Shown: one piece after another, positions 27,969 to 36,618 of the stretch
Layout of the letters: the number at the start of each line of letters is the position of its first letter
How positions within the stretch are numbered: the first letter of the stretch is position 1
DNA from: Candidatus Omnitrophota bacterium
Lineage (GTDB): Bacteria > Omnitrophota > Gorgyraeia > Zapsychrales > JANLHA01
Reading direction: 5' to 3'
Length of the DNA stretch: 64,000 nucleotides
Assembly (NCBI GenBank): GCA_029560465.1
Contig: JAKQKX010000016.1
Span: 71,178 to 135,177 of the forward strand
The notes under the pieces: model-generated
Database searches by the model: none
What the model was told of the DNA's origin: nothing
Seen by the model: the letters and a program-made list of their open reading frames with translations, nothing else
Made by a program: the position numbers and the translations under genes

Positions 27969-29540
27969 ATGAAAACCTCCTTGTTATACCGTCCTGCCTG
28001 CGTTCTCCTTTACCTGACAATCATCGGTTTGGCCATTTACAGCCCCGTGCTCGACGGGGATTTTATATGCGATGATTATGTGTTCCTTGCCTATAATCAG
28101 TCGATCCGGCATTTCCCTGACCTTAGGCCTATTTGGGCTTCTTTCCCGACGCGGTTCTTGGTTTTTGTCACCTTCGCGGTGAATTATGGCCTGCATGGGT
28201 TCCGCGTTCCGGGCTTTCATTTGGTGAATATCCTCATCCATGTCCTGACCAGCTTTCTTATATATTTTTTTGTCGTCTATCTCTCCCGGAGCGCTCTTGC
28301 GCGGCGGACACGGGCTTATCCCGGTGACCTGATCGCGTTTTGGGCGGCTCTGGTTTTTTTGTGCCATCCGATTCAGACGCAGGGGGTCGCTTATATTTTC
28401 CAGCGCGCGACATCCATGGCGGCGTTTTTTTACATGTTGACCATTGTTTTGTATTTGAAATTCCGCCAAGAAGACAGCCCCCTGGCTTACGGGTTGGCCG
28501 TTGTGAGCTTTTTGGGGGCGATCTTCTGCAAGGAAATGGTCATGACTCTGCCCGGCGCGATTTTTTTATGTGAACTTTTTTTCCTGGAGCCGCAACAGGG
28601 GAGATGGAAAAGGTTCTTGCGCGGCGTGCTTCCGTTTTTTGTGTTGTGCGGGGTTTTGTTGGGCGTGTTTATTTTTACGCGGGTTGACGAAGGCGGGCTG
28701 ACGTTGAAAAATCAGGTGTTCCAGTCGCGGTTCAGCCCTTATTTTTTTTTGACGGAGGTTAATGTCCTGCGGACATACTTGCGGCTTTTGGTGTTCCCGG
28801 CTTTCCAAAGGTTTGAATATGATTATCCCGTGGTTATGAGTTTTTGGGAAGTCCGGACATGGCTTTCCGCCGGCCTGCTCTTGAGCCTTATGGGCTATGC
28901 GGGATACCTGTTCCGCCGCAACCGGATCCTTAGCTTTTGCGTGTGCTGGTATTTTTTAACGACGGCTATCGAAGTGGTTGTGGTGAGCCTGGTGCACAGG
29001 TCGCTGTTGTTTGAGCATTGGCTGTATTTGCCGATGGCGGGGTTCGCCATATTTTTCGCCTGTCTTTTGTATGACATGGCTGGGGATGAGGCAAGCTTTA
29101 AGCGGGTCGGTTTTATTTTAATTTTCAGTTTGTGTGTCATGACAGTGTTGAGAAATCAGATTTGGCGGGATGAGATCCGCTTCTGGGAATATGAGGTGGC
29201 ACGCTCCCCGAACAGAATGTCGGTGCATTATGAGGCCGGGGTGGCTTATGACCGCAAAGGGTTTAAAAAGCAAGCCCTCGCGTCTTATTTGAAGACAGTC
29301 GCGTTGCTTGATGACAAACGTTCCAGAAGCCGGTTTGACCGGGTCACAACCGCAAAATTATATAATAATATCGGGATCATATACACGGCCCAGGGGGATT
29401 ATCCGAAAGCCCGAAACGCGTTTGAGAACGCGTTTCGTTTTGATTCACTGGAGGGGGGCGTGGAGCGGAACTTGGGGCTTCTTTTGGATCGCATGGGGGC
29501 GGGCCGGGATGAGCAGGGGGCAGGACAGCATGACGAATGA
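27969..29540 (+). CDS. TMTC/PMT-like GT-C membrane glycosyltransferase homologue with C-terminal TPR repeats (copy 1)
   Basis: N-terminal ~380 aa polytopic membrane domain with 'DGDFICDDYVFL' acidic motif in the first loop (as in PMT/TMTC O-mannosyltransferases); C-terminal TPR-like 'YNNIGIIYTAQGDYPKARNAFENA'. Confidence 0.6.
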   Translation: MKTSLLYRPACVLLYLTIIGLAIYSPVLDGDFICDDYVFLAYNQSIRHFPDLRPIWASFPTRFLVFVTFAVNYGLHGFRVPGFHLVNILIHVLTSFLIYFFVVYLSRSALARRTRAYPGDLIAFWAALVFLCHPIQTQGVAYIFQRATSMAAFFYMLTIVLYLKFRQEDSPLAYGLAVVSFLGAIFCKEMVMTLPGAIFLCELFFLEPQQGRWKRFLRGVLPFFVLCGVLLGVFIFTRVDEGGLTLKNQVFQSRFSPYFFLTEVNVLRTYLRLLVFPAFQRFEYDYPVVMSFWEVRTWLSAGLLLSLMGYAGYLFRRNRILSFCVCWYFLTTAIEVVVVSLVHRSLLFEHWLYLPMAGFAIFFACLLYDMAGDEASFKRVGFILIFSLCVMTVLRNQIWRDEIRFWEYEVARSPNRMSVHYEAGVAYDRKGFKKQALASYLKTVALLDDKRSRSRFDRVTTAKLYNNIGIIYTAQGDYPKARNAFENAFRFDSLEGGVERNLGLLLDRMGAGRDEQGAGQHDE

Positions 29541-31296
29541 AAACAGCTGGTTGAAAAAGGCGGCCCGGAACAGCCGGGCGCTTGCGGTTATCACGATATG
29601 CGCGGTCGGGATTTTAATTTATTCAAATTCTTTGACCGGAGAATTTTGTTTTGACGACCACTCTTTTGTCCTTGACAGCGCCGCGGTGCGGAAAGGGCCC
29701 CTGGATGTCCGGGCGTTGTGGAAAGAGTTTCATGTGCGTTTTATCGTCGGCATGAGTTACGCCCTGAATTATCGGCTCGGAGGGCGGAACGCGCAGGGGT
29801 ACCACGTCCTGAACCTGGTCATCCATCTGCTGACAGCCATAGCGGTGTTTTATTTCATACTCTTCAGTTATGCGACGCCTGTCTTGCGGGAGGCGCGCTC
29901 TCCGGGAAGCGGGCAACACATTGCGTTCTGGGCGGCCATGGTGTTTCTTTGCCATCCGGTTCAGACGCAGGCTGTGTCGTATATCACTCAGAGGGCGTCG
30001 GCCATAGTCACTCTGTTTTATGTCCTGACCTTGATTTTTTATGTCCGGTACAGGCTGACTCACCGTTGGGTGTTCCTCCCCGCCCTGGCGGGCGCCGCGG
30101 GGCTGGGGCTTCTGTCGAAGCAGGGCATGATCACCGCCCCGCTGGTCCTCGCTGTTTACGACCTGTTTTTTTTGGGCGGGCGCGCAATCCGGCCTAGCCG
30201 CGCGGTTAAAGCGTTGGGTTTGTCTCTGGGCGTTTCGTTGCTGCTCCTTGTGTTCGTGCGCCTGGAACCGTCCGGTTCCACATATCAATATCAGGGATTG
30301 GTGAGCTGGGCCCGTTTTGATGCGCGGTATGTTTGGACGGAAATCAACGTGTTGCGGACGTATTTAAGGCTTTTTGTCGTTCCTGTGGCCCAGAATTTTG
30401 ATTATGATTATCCTGTTGCCAGCGGGTTCTTCGAGCCGGCGACTTTCTTTTCATTCTTGTTATTAACGGCGTTGGTGATCGCGGCGTTTCGGTCTTTTCG
30501 CAGGGCTCGGGAAATCAGCTTCTGCGTTTTCTGGTTTTTCGCGACCACGGGCATTGAAGCGCTGTCGGTTATTTTCGGGAACCGGGGCGTGATTTATGAA
30601 CATTGGCTTTATATGCCTATGGCGGGCTTTTCCTGGTTTTTGTCTTACATTGTGTTTGCCGGGGTGAAAACACCGGCCCGTTACCGGCGCATTATGATGA
30701 GTATCATCCTGATTTTAGGGGTGTTGACTTTTCGCCGGAACATGGTTTGGGAAAAGGAATTGTATGTATGGCAAGATGTTTTGAAGAAAGCCCCCCTTAA
30801 TCCCGGCGGATATTTTGCCTTGGGGGAACTTTGCCAGCGCCAGGGCCGGTCTTTCCCCGCGGAAGAATATTACCGAAAAGCCGTGGCCCTTTATTACGCG
30901 CGCAGGCAGCCCTTTGACGCGACGACGAAGGTTCAGTTATCCAGGATTTACAACAACCTGGGCCTGTTGTATCAGGAAAGGGACAACCCGGCATCAGCCG
31001 TTGTGTTTTTTAAAAGGGCGATCCGGGTCAACCCCAATCATGCGAGCCCCTATCATAATCTGGCGATCCTTTTTTACGAATACGGACAGCACCGGAAGGC
31101 CATTGATTTATTGGAGCGGTCGGTCCGGATCCAGGGCCCCACGGAGTACGCCTCCTTGTATCTAGGGCTATCGTATTACGCTTTAGGAGAGGCGGAACAG
31201 GCCCGGGTCTATTTCGGGGACGCGTTGCGGATGTTTTCCGCTTCCGGGAATCCGGAAAAGGCCGAGGAGATCAGGAAATATCTGTCGGCCATGTGA
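29530..31296 (+). CDS. TMTC/PMT-like GT-C membrane glycosyltransferase homologue with C-terminal TPR repeats (copy 2)
   Basis: Paralogue of the preceding gene (same 'FCFDDHSFVLD', 'FLCHP(V/I)QTQ(A/G)V(S/A)YI(T/F)QRA', 'NVLRTYLRL(F/L)V(V/F)P' blocks); longer TPR tail; ORF track start 29308 overlaps the upstream gene, the ATG at 29530 is preferred. Confidence 0.6.
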   Translation: MTNENSWLKKAARNSRALAVITICAVGILIYSNSLTGEFCFDDHSFVLDSAAVRKGPLDVRALWKEFHVRFIVGMSYALNYRLGGRNAQGYHVLNLVIHLLTAIAVFYFILFSYATPVLREARSPGSGQHIAFWAAMVFLCHPVQTQAVSYITQRASAIVTLFYVLTLIFYVRYRLTHRWVFLPALAGAAGLGLLSKQGMITAPLVLAVYDLFFLGGRAIRPSRAVKALGLSLGVSLLLLVFVRLEPSGSTYQYQGLVSWARFDARYVWTEINVLRTYLRLFVVPVAQNFDYDYPVASGFFEPATFFSFLLLTALVIAAFRSFRRAREISFCVFWFFATTGIEALSVIFGNRGVIYEHWLYMPMAGFSWFLSYIVFAGVKTPARYRRIMMSIILILGVLTFRRNMVWEKELYVWQDVLKKAPLNPGGYFALGELCQRQGRSFPAEEYYRKAVALYYARRQPFDATTKVQLSRIYNNLGLLYQERDNPASAVVFFKRAIRVNPNHASPYHNLAILFYEYGQHRKAIDLLERSVRIQGPTEYASLYLGLSYYALGEAEQARVYFGDALRMFSASGNPEKAEEIRKYLSAM

Positions 31297-31562
31297 TATT
31301 TGCGTTATCCGGGATCCCTGAAAGCGGAATGAGTGCCGGGGCTTGCAGAAAAATATTCAGGGCGTTTCTGCCGCGGCTGTTTTGTCCTCGTCCGGATGAC
31401 AGATCAAGGGCGGCATGCCAAAATTGTTTTCGACCTTTCCAATGGAAAGTATTTGCACTATAATGGTCAGCGATTATCAGATCATTATCCGGTTAACTTG
31501 CTCAAAAAACTATTCAAAGCGGTGAAGCCTTTTTTCGCCCGGCTTGCCAGAGGTGAATTATA

Positions 31563-32249
31563 ATGAAAAAACGCGTCAGAATTGACTCCAGCCTTCTCTC
31601 TATCGCTGTCCTGTTTACGGTGTTTTTATATCAGTTTCCCCATGTCTATCCGTCCAGCCGCCTGTTGGATAACGCCCTGGATTGGCTGGGTTTCATCGTC
31701 CTCCTGTCCGGGGCGTATATCCGCATGTCCGCCCGCGGTGTCAAGAAAGCGCACTCTCAGCAGGGGGCGGGGCTGGTGAGAAAGGGGTTGTACACGGTGG
31801 TCCGGAACCCGATGTATCTTGGCAGTTTTATGCTGGGGTCGGGGTTTGTCCTGGTCGTGTGGCCCTTCTGGATTCTGCCCGTATTCGCGGTGCTTTTTTA
31901 TTTGCGTTTTAATAAACAGATTGTGTTCGAAGAAAAATGGCTGACCAAAAATTTCGGGGAGGAATATGAAACGTACTGCCGTAAAGTCCCGCGGCTTTTC
32001 CCTTCTTTAAAGAAACTGTGGATAACAAACGCTTCGACGCTGTTCCCGTGGAAAGAGACCTGGAGCACCAAGGAAATCCGGGGCCTCGCATGCTGGCCGA
32101 TTTTGGCTGTGGCCATGGAATCCCTTCAGGAATGGAGGGTGTTCGGTTCTGTTAATATTTTCCGCACGGTCTTGATATTCCTGTCGGCCGCGGCCGTGTT
32201 TTTTATGGTGATGGGGATCCGTTACCGGGACCAACGGGGCCATGCATAA
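31563..32249 (+). CDS. isoprenylcysteine carboxyl methyltransferase (ICMT/PEMT) family membrane methyltransferase
   Basis: Membrane protein with 'GLYTVVRNPMYLGSF' and 'EEKWLTKNFGEEYETY' (ICMT C-terminal SAM-binding signature). Confidence 0.65.
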   Translation: MKKRVRIDSSLLSIAVLFTVFLYQFPHVYPSSRLLDNALDWLGFIVLLSGAYIRMSARGVKKAHSQQGAGLVRKGLYTVVRNPMYLGSFMLGSGFVLVVWPFWILPVFAVLFYLRFNKQIVFEEKWLTKNFGEEYETYCRKVPRLFPSLKKLWITNASTLFPWKETWSTKEIRGLACWPILAVAMESLQEWRVFGSVNIFRTVLIFLSAAAVFFMVMGIRYRDQRGHA

Positions 32250-33012
32250 AATTCAACGCACAGTCACGGTTGTCTCTAATAGTAAAGTCTGCCCGCAATA
32301 TTACCGGCTTTCTTTGGACGCCGGCTCCGCCGTGAACGAGGCCCGTCCGGGCCAGTTTATTCATATCCGTGTCACGGACGGTGTGGAGCCGTTTTTCCGG
32401 CGGCCGTTCAGCGTGTTCCGCGCAGCGAAGACTATGGATATTTTGTATGATGTTGTCGGGAAAGGGACGGAAATTTTAAGTTCCCGAAAAAGAGGCGACC
32501 GGCTGGACGTCCTGGGCCCTTTGGGGACGCCGTTTTGTGAGCCGGCGCCGGCCGTCAGGCAGGTTGTGATGATCGCCGGCGGCATCGGGGTTGCGCCGTT
32601 CTTGATTTTTTCAGACTTTCTTAAAAAGAAAAGGGTTGAAAAAATCCTCTTGTACGGGGCGCGGGCGCAGGCGCAGGTTTTTGATTTTAAAGCGTTCCGG
32701 AAGAACGGGGTGGAGGTTTTTGCCTCCACCGAAGACGGCAGCGTCGGCGTGAAGGGACGGGTGACGCGGCTGTTTGGTAAGATCCGGCAAGACCCGCAAA
32801 CAACCATGCTGTATGCCTGCGGGCCCAAGCCGATGCTGGCCGCGGTGCAGGATTTCGCAAAAGGACATCGTCTCCCCGGGCAGGTGTCGTGCGAAGAAGT
32901 GATGGCTTGCGGGCTGGGCGCGTGCCTGGGGTGTTCTATCCCGACGGTTTCCGGGTACAAGACCGTGTGTCATGACGGCCCGGTTTTTGATGTGCACGAA
33001 CCGTGTTTTTAG
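32242..33012 (+). CDS. pyrK: dihydroorotate dehydrogenase electron-transfer subunit
   Basis: FAD/NAD-binding ferredoxin-reductase fold plus C-terminal 'CGLGACLGCS' 2Fe-2S cysteine cluster; overlaps the ICMT gene stop. Confidence 0.8.
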   Translation: MHKIQRTVTVVSNSKVCPQYYRLSLDAGSAVNEARPGQFIHIRVTDGVEPFFRRPFSVFRAAKTMDILYDVVGKGTEILSSRKRGDRLDVLGPLGTPFCEPAPAVRQVVMIAGGIGVAPFLIFSDFLKKKRVEKILLYGARAQAQVFDFKAFRKNGVEVFASTEDGSVGVKGRVTRLFGKIRQDPQTTMLYACGPKPMLAAVQDFAKGHRLPGQVSCEEVMACGLGACLGCSIPTVSGYKTVCHDGPVFDVHEPCF

Positions 33013-33019
33013 GGGGGCC

Positions 33020-33385
33020 ATGAGCATGACATATTTTTTGTACGTATTAATCGGACTTCTGGCTGGCGCGTTCAGCGGGTTTTTCGGAATCGGCGGGGCG
33101 ACCATTTTGATCCCCATTTTTGTCCTGATGTTCGGGATGTCCCAGCACCAGGCCCAGGGCACGACGCTGGCCGTGCTTCTTCCGCCGGTTTTTATTTTTG
33201 CGGTGATGGAATATTACCAGCACGGGTATATCAAAGTCAAGATGGCGTTGATCATTGCGTTGGCGTTTTCTGCCGGGGCGTATGCCGGCGCTCACTTGGT
33301 TCAGGGCGTGGGCGATGTGGCGTTAAAAAGGGCGTTTGGGATTTTATTGATGATCATGGGATTAAGGATGCTATTAGTTAAGTAA
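33020..33385 (+). CDS. small TauE/SafE (TSUP)-like membrane protein
   Basis: ~120 aa, 4 TM helices, 'GFFGIGGATILIPIFVLMFG' TSUP motif; AGGGGGG RBS before the ATG at 33020 (ORF track start 32972 overlaps pyrK). Confidence 0.5.
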   Translation: MSMTYFLYVLIGLLAGAFSGFFGIGGATILIPIFVLMFGMSQHQAQGTTLAVLLPPVFIFAVMEYYQHGYIKVKMALIIALAFSAGAYAGAHLVQGVGDVALKRAFGILLMIMGLRMLLVK

Positions 33386-33392
33386 GAGTGCC

Positions 33393-33472
33393 AGGAGCCG
33401 GTTGCGTTCAAGCGACGCCGGTTCCCTGAATTAGAAGAAATGAACCGGCGTCTAATTCACTTAACCGGCTCC
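33393..33472 (+). promoter_or_regulatory. long imperfect palindrome with alternative pairings between the TauE-like gene and pyrD
   Basis: GGAGCCGGTT...AACCGGCTCC outer arms; GACGCCGGTTC/GAACCGGCGTC inner 11-bp arms; an alternative GAATTAG/CTAATTC pairing; no T-tract follows. Confidence 0.4.
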
Positions 33473-33560
33473 CGGTACCCTGGGTGAGCCACGTGACATT
33501 TTGGCTGAAAACCCTGTATACATAGTTGTCAGGATTTCTTTTGCAGAATGAGAGAATATC

Positions 33561-34469
33561 ATGAACCTTACGGTAAAAATCGGCAGCGCGGTGTTCCCTA
33601 ATCCGGTCACGGTGGCCTCCGGCACGTTCGGGCACGCGAAGAAATATTATGACCTGCAGGAAGTCCAACAGCTCGGGGCGTTGATTCCGAAAACCGTGAC
33701 CCTGTTGCCCCAGGAAGGGAACCCGCCGCCGCGCATAGCGGAAACGGCCGCCGGGATGCTCAACGCGATCGGGATTGAGAATCCCGGTGTGGATGTTTTT
33801 ATTGAGAAGGACCTCCCGGCCCTGAAAAAAATTCCGGTGCCCTTGATTGTCAGCGTTTTGGGGCATTCGGAGGAGCAATTTTTAAAGATCACGGAGAAAC
33901 TGAACGCGGCCGGAGGGATCAGTGCTTTGGAATTGAACCTGTCGTGCCCTAATCTGCAAAAGAAAAATTTAGTCGCCCAGGACGCGGGCGCGACCTCCTC
34001 TTTGGTGCAGAAGGTCAAGAAGATATCCCGCTATCCTGTGATTGCCAAGCTTTCTCCCAACGTTACGGATATCACGGTGATCGCCGTGGCCGCGCAAGAC
34101 GCCGGGGCGGACGGGGTCAGTCTGATCAATACTTTGACCGGCATGCTGATCAACACGCGCACCCGCAGGCCGGTTCTCGGCAATGTTACGGGCGGGTTAA
34201 GCGGGCCGGCGATCAAGCCGGTGGCGTTGAACATGGTGTATCAGGCCGCGAAAAAAGTCAAGATCCCGGTTATCGCCATGGGCGGGATTATGACTGCGGA
34301 TGACGCTTTGCAATTTATCATGGCGGGCGCGTCCATGACCGCGGTGGGAACAGGCAATTTTGTCAACCCGCGCGCGCCGCTGGATGTTTTACAGGGCATA
34401 AAGGCGTATATGAAAAAACATAAAATTAACGATATCGTTCAACTGCGGGGGAGCCTGATCCTCCCATGA
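33561..34469 (+). CDS. pyrD: dihydroorotate dehydrogenase catalytic subunit (class 1B)
   Basis: TIM-barrel DHOD motifs 'NAIGIENPG', 'LELNLSCPN', 'GGI'; 4-nt overlap with pyrF. Confidence 0.9.
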   Translation: MNLTVKIGSAVFPNPVTVASGTFGHAKKYYDLQEVQQLGALIPKTVTLLPQEGNPPPRIAETAAGMLNAIGIENPGVDVFIEKDLPALKKIPVPLIVSVLGHSEEQFLKITEKLNAAGGISALELNLSCPNLQKKNLVAQDAGATSSLVQKVKKISRYPVIAKLSPNVTDITVIAVAAQDAGADGVSLINTLTGMLINTRTRRPVLGNVTGGLSGPAIKPVALNMVYQAAKKVKIPVIAMGGIMTADDALQFIMAGASMTAVGTGNFVNPRAPLDVLQGIKAYMKKHKINDIVQLRGSLILP

Positions 34470-35221
34470 AAGAACCGGCGGAAAAACCACAATTGATCGT
34501 GGCCCTTGATGTGAACACCCTGGAAGAGGTGCGCTCTTTGGTGGTCCAACTGGATGATTACGTGGACTGTTTCAAAGTCGGCAGCCAGCTTTTTACGTCC
34601 TGCGGGCCGGCGGCCGTCCGGTTTATCGAAGCGCGAGGCAAACGGGTTTTCCTGGATTTGAAATTCCATGATATCCCTCATACTGTCGCCCGCGCCGTGG
34701 ATGCGGCCTGCCGCCTGCATGTCGCTATCGAACGAAGCATGAATTCTTGTGAGCCGCAAAAGCCCCGGCATAAGGGGCTGTTTATGTACACTTTGCATAC
34801 GTCCGGTGGGGTTGAGATGCTTAAAGCGGCGGTTGAAGCCGGTGCGAAAGCGGCTCTCGAAATTGATGTTCCGAAACCGCTGGCTATCGGCGTAACTGTC
34901 TTGACAAGTGAACAGAAAACGGATAATATACTCCCTCAAGTTTTGCAGAAAGCGCAAGACGCCCGGAAGGCGGGATGTGACGGGGTTGTGGCGTCTTGTC
35001 ATGAGGCGCCGTTTATACGTCGGGAATTCGGGCCGGATTTTATTATCGTAACCCCCGGTATCCGGCCGGCCGGGGAAGATGTGCAGGACCAAAAAAGAAT
35101 CGCGACACCCAGGGACGCTGTCGCCAGCGGTAGCAATTTTCTGGTTATCGGCCGGCCGATCATTAAGGCGCTGGATCCCCGCCTGGCCACAAAACAAATC
35201 TTGCACGACATACACTCTTGA
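34466..35221 (+). CDS. pyrF: orotidine 5'-phosphate decarboxylase
   Basis: 'IVALDV' and 'FLDLKFHDIP' catalytic Asp/Lys motifs. Confidence 0.85.
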   Translation: MKEPAEKPQLIVALDVNTLEEVRSLVVQLDDYVDCFKVGSQLFTSCGPAAVRFIEARGKRVFLDLKFHDIPHTVARAVDAACRLHVAIERSMNSCEPQKPRHKGLFMYTLHTSGGVEMLKAAVEAGAKAALEIDVPKPLAIGVTVLTSEQKTDNILPQVLQKAQDARKAGCDGVVASCHEAPFIRREFGPDFIIVTPGIRPAGEDVQDQKRIATPRDAVASGSNFLVIGRPIIKALDPRLATKQILHDIHS

Positions 35222-35371
35222 CAATTTTTAACAGGCATGACAGGGCACCGGGGATGCTGGTCTCGCGCATGCTTTTAAATTCTAATAATTTTAGTTCCCG
35301 GGGATATTAGGAAGAAAAAGCAGGGGGACCAGAGCTTCTTTTTATGTCATTTTATTAACCGGAGAAAAAAT

Positions 35372-35986
35372 ATGACGGAACGGATTCAGGAATTACTAGA
35401 CAAAATAAAAAACGAAGGCATTGAGGTGGCGGAAGCCAAAGCCCGGGATATCGAGGCGCGGGCGCAAACACGTGCGGGCGACATTGTGGCCCGGGCCCAA
35501 GAGGAAGCCGCCCGGATTGTGTCGGGGGCCAAGACGGAAAGCCAGAAGACGAAAGACGTGGTTGAGGTCGCTTTAAAACAGGCGTCCCGGGACATGTTGC
35601 TGCGTTTGCGGAAAGAAATAACTAAAACCCTCGAAGGCATTGTATTGAAGGACCTGCGCGAAAGCCTTTCTCCCGAGGTTATGGTCAGCTTGATCCAGAA
35701 GATCGCCGCGGCGTACTTTAATAATGCGCAAGCCGGGGATATCCAGGTGGCCTTAAGCGGAGAGGATTTGAAAAAGCTGGAGAACGGGTTTTTAGCCAAG
35801 CTGAAAGGCGCGCTGAAACAGCCGTTAGTCTTGAGATCGGCGGATAATATCCGCGCCGGGTTCACGATCAGTTTTGATCAGGGGAAATCCTGTTTTGATT
35901 TTACGGATGAAAGCCTCGCGGAATTTTTAGGCCAGTATCTAAATGAACACGTCACCAAGATTTTAAAAGAATCGTTGAAAGCATAA
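35372..35986 (+). CDS. atpE: V-type ATP synthase subunit E
   Basis: 204 aa, N-terminal long helix 'IQELLDKIKNEGIEVAEAKARDIEARAQ'; first gene of the V-ATPase operon. Confidence 0.75.
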   Translation: MTERIQELLDKIKNEGIEVAEAKARDIEARAQTRAGDIVARAQEEAARIVSGAKTESQKTKDVVEVALKQASRDMLLRLRKEITKTLEGIVLKDLRESLSPEVMVSLIQKIAAAYFNNAQAGDIQVALSGEDLKKLENGFLAKLKGALKQPLVLRSADNIRAGFTISFDQGKSCFDFTDESLAEFLGQYLNEHVTKILKESLKA

Positions 35987-35996
35987 ATAAGGATTT

Positions 35997-36536
35997 ATGT
36001 ATTACTATTTCGCCGCCAGTTTGCCTTATCTTGAATACGGGGTTTGTTGTGTGACAAGCCTGGATGCTTTTTTGGAAGCGGCGGGGCGGCTGCTTTCCCG
36101 GAACGATTATGCGCTTATCGAGCAGGCATTGTCCGTGGAAAAAGGGGGCGTGGTTTCGGACGGCGGGCATCGGGTGATCCGCGCATGGCAGGCGTTCATG
36201 CAGGCCCTGCGGAATCAATGGGTGACGGCGAGGGCTGCCCAGTTTAAGAAAGACCCGGCGTCTTTTATGCGCGGAGAACGCGGCGCGGAACCCGCGGTCA
36301 TCGAGGCGGTCTCCCGGGCGCAGAAAGCCGCTGACCCGCTGGAGGCGGAAAAAATCATTGATCAGCTGCGTTGGGCTAAACTTGAGGAAATCGGGCAGGG
36401 CCGGTTTTTTAACCTGGATTTTTTGATTGTTTACGCGCTCAAGCTGCAGATCCTCAGGCGGCTGGAACGCATTGATTCGGTGCAAGGAGAACATATTTTT
36501 AATGAATATTGCTCAACCGTGTCCCGGTTGAGGTGA
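35997..36536 (+). CDS. V-ATPase operon hypothetical protein (DUF2764-like position between E and A)
   Basis: 179 aa starting 'MYYYFAASLPYL'; occupies the slot filled by DUF2764 proteins in chlamydial/spirochaetal-type V-ATPase operons. Confidence 0.45.
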   Translation: MYYYFAASLPYLEYGVCCVTSLDAFLEAAGRLLSRNDYALIEQALSVEKGGVVSDGGHRVIRAWQAFMQALRNQWVTARAAQFKKDPASFMRGERGAEPAVIEAVSRAQKAADPLEAEKIIDQLRWAKLEEIGQGRFFNLDFLIVYALKLQILRRLERIDSVQGEHIFNEYCSTVSRLR

Positions 36537-36618
36537 GGCGGCGTTTATAGAGACGGTTTTTCAGGCTTGACCGTGGGAATATTCCGGCGGGCCTGTTTAA
36601 GAAACGGAGGAAAAGAGC

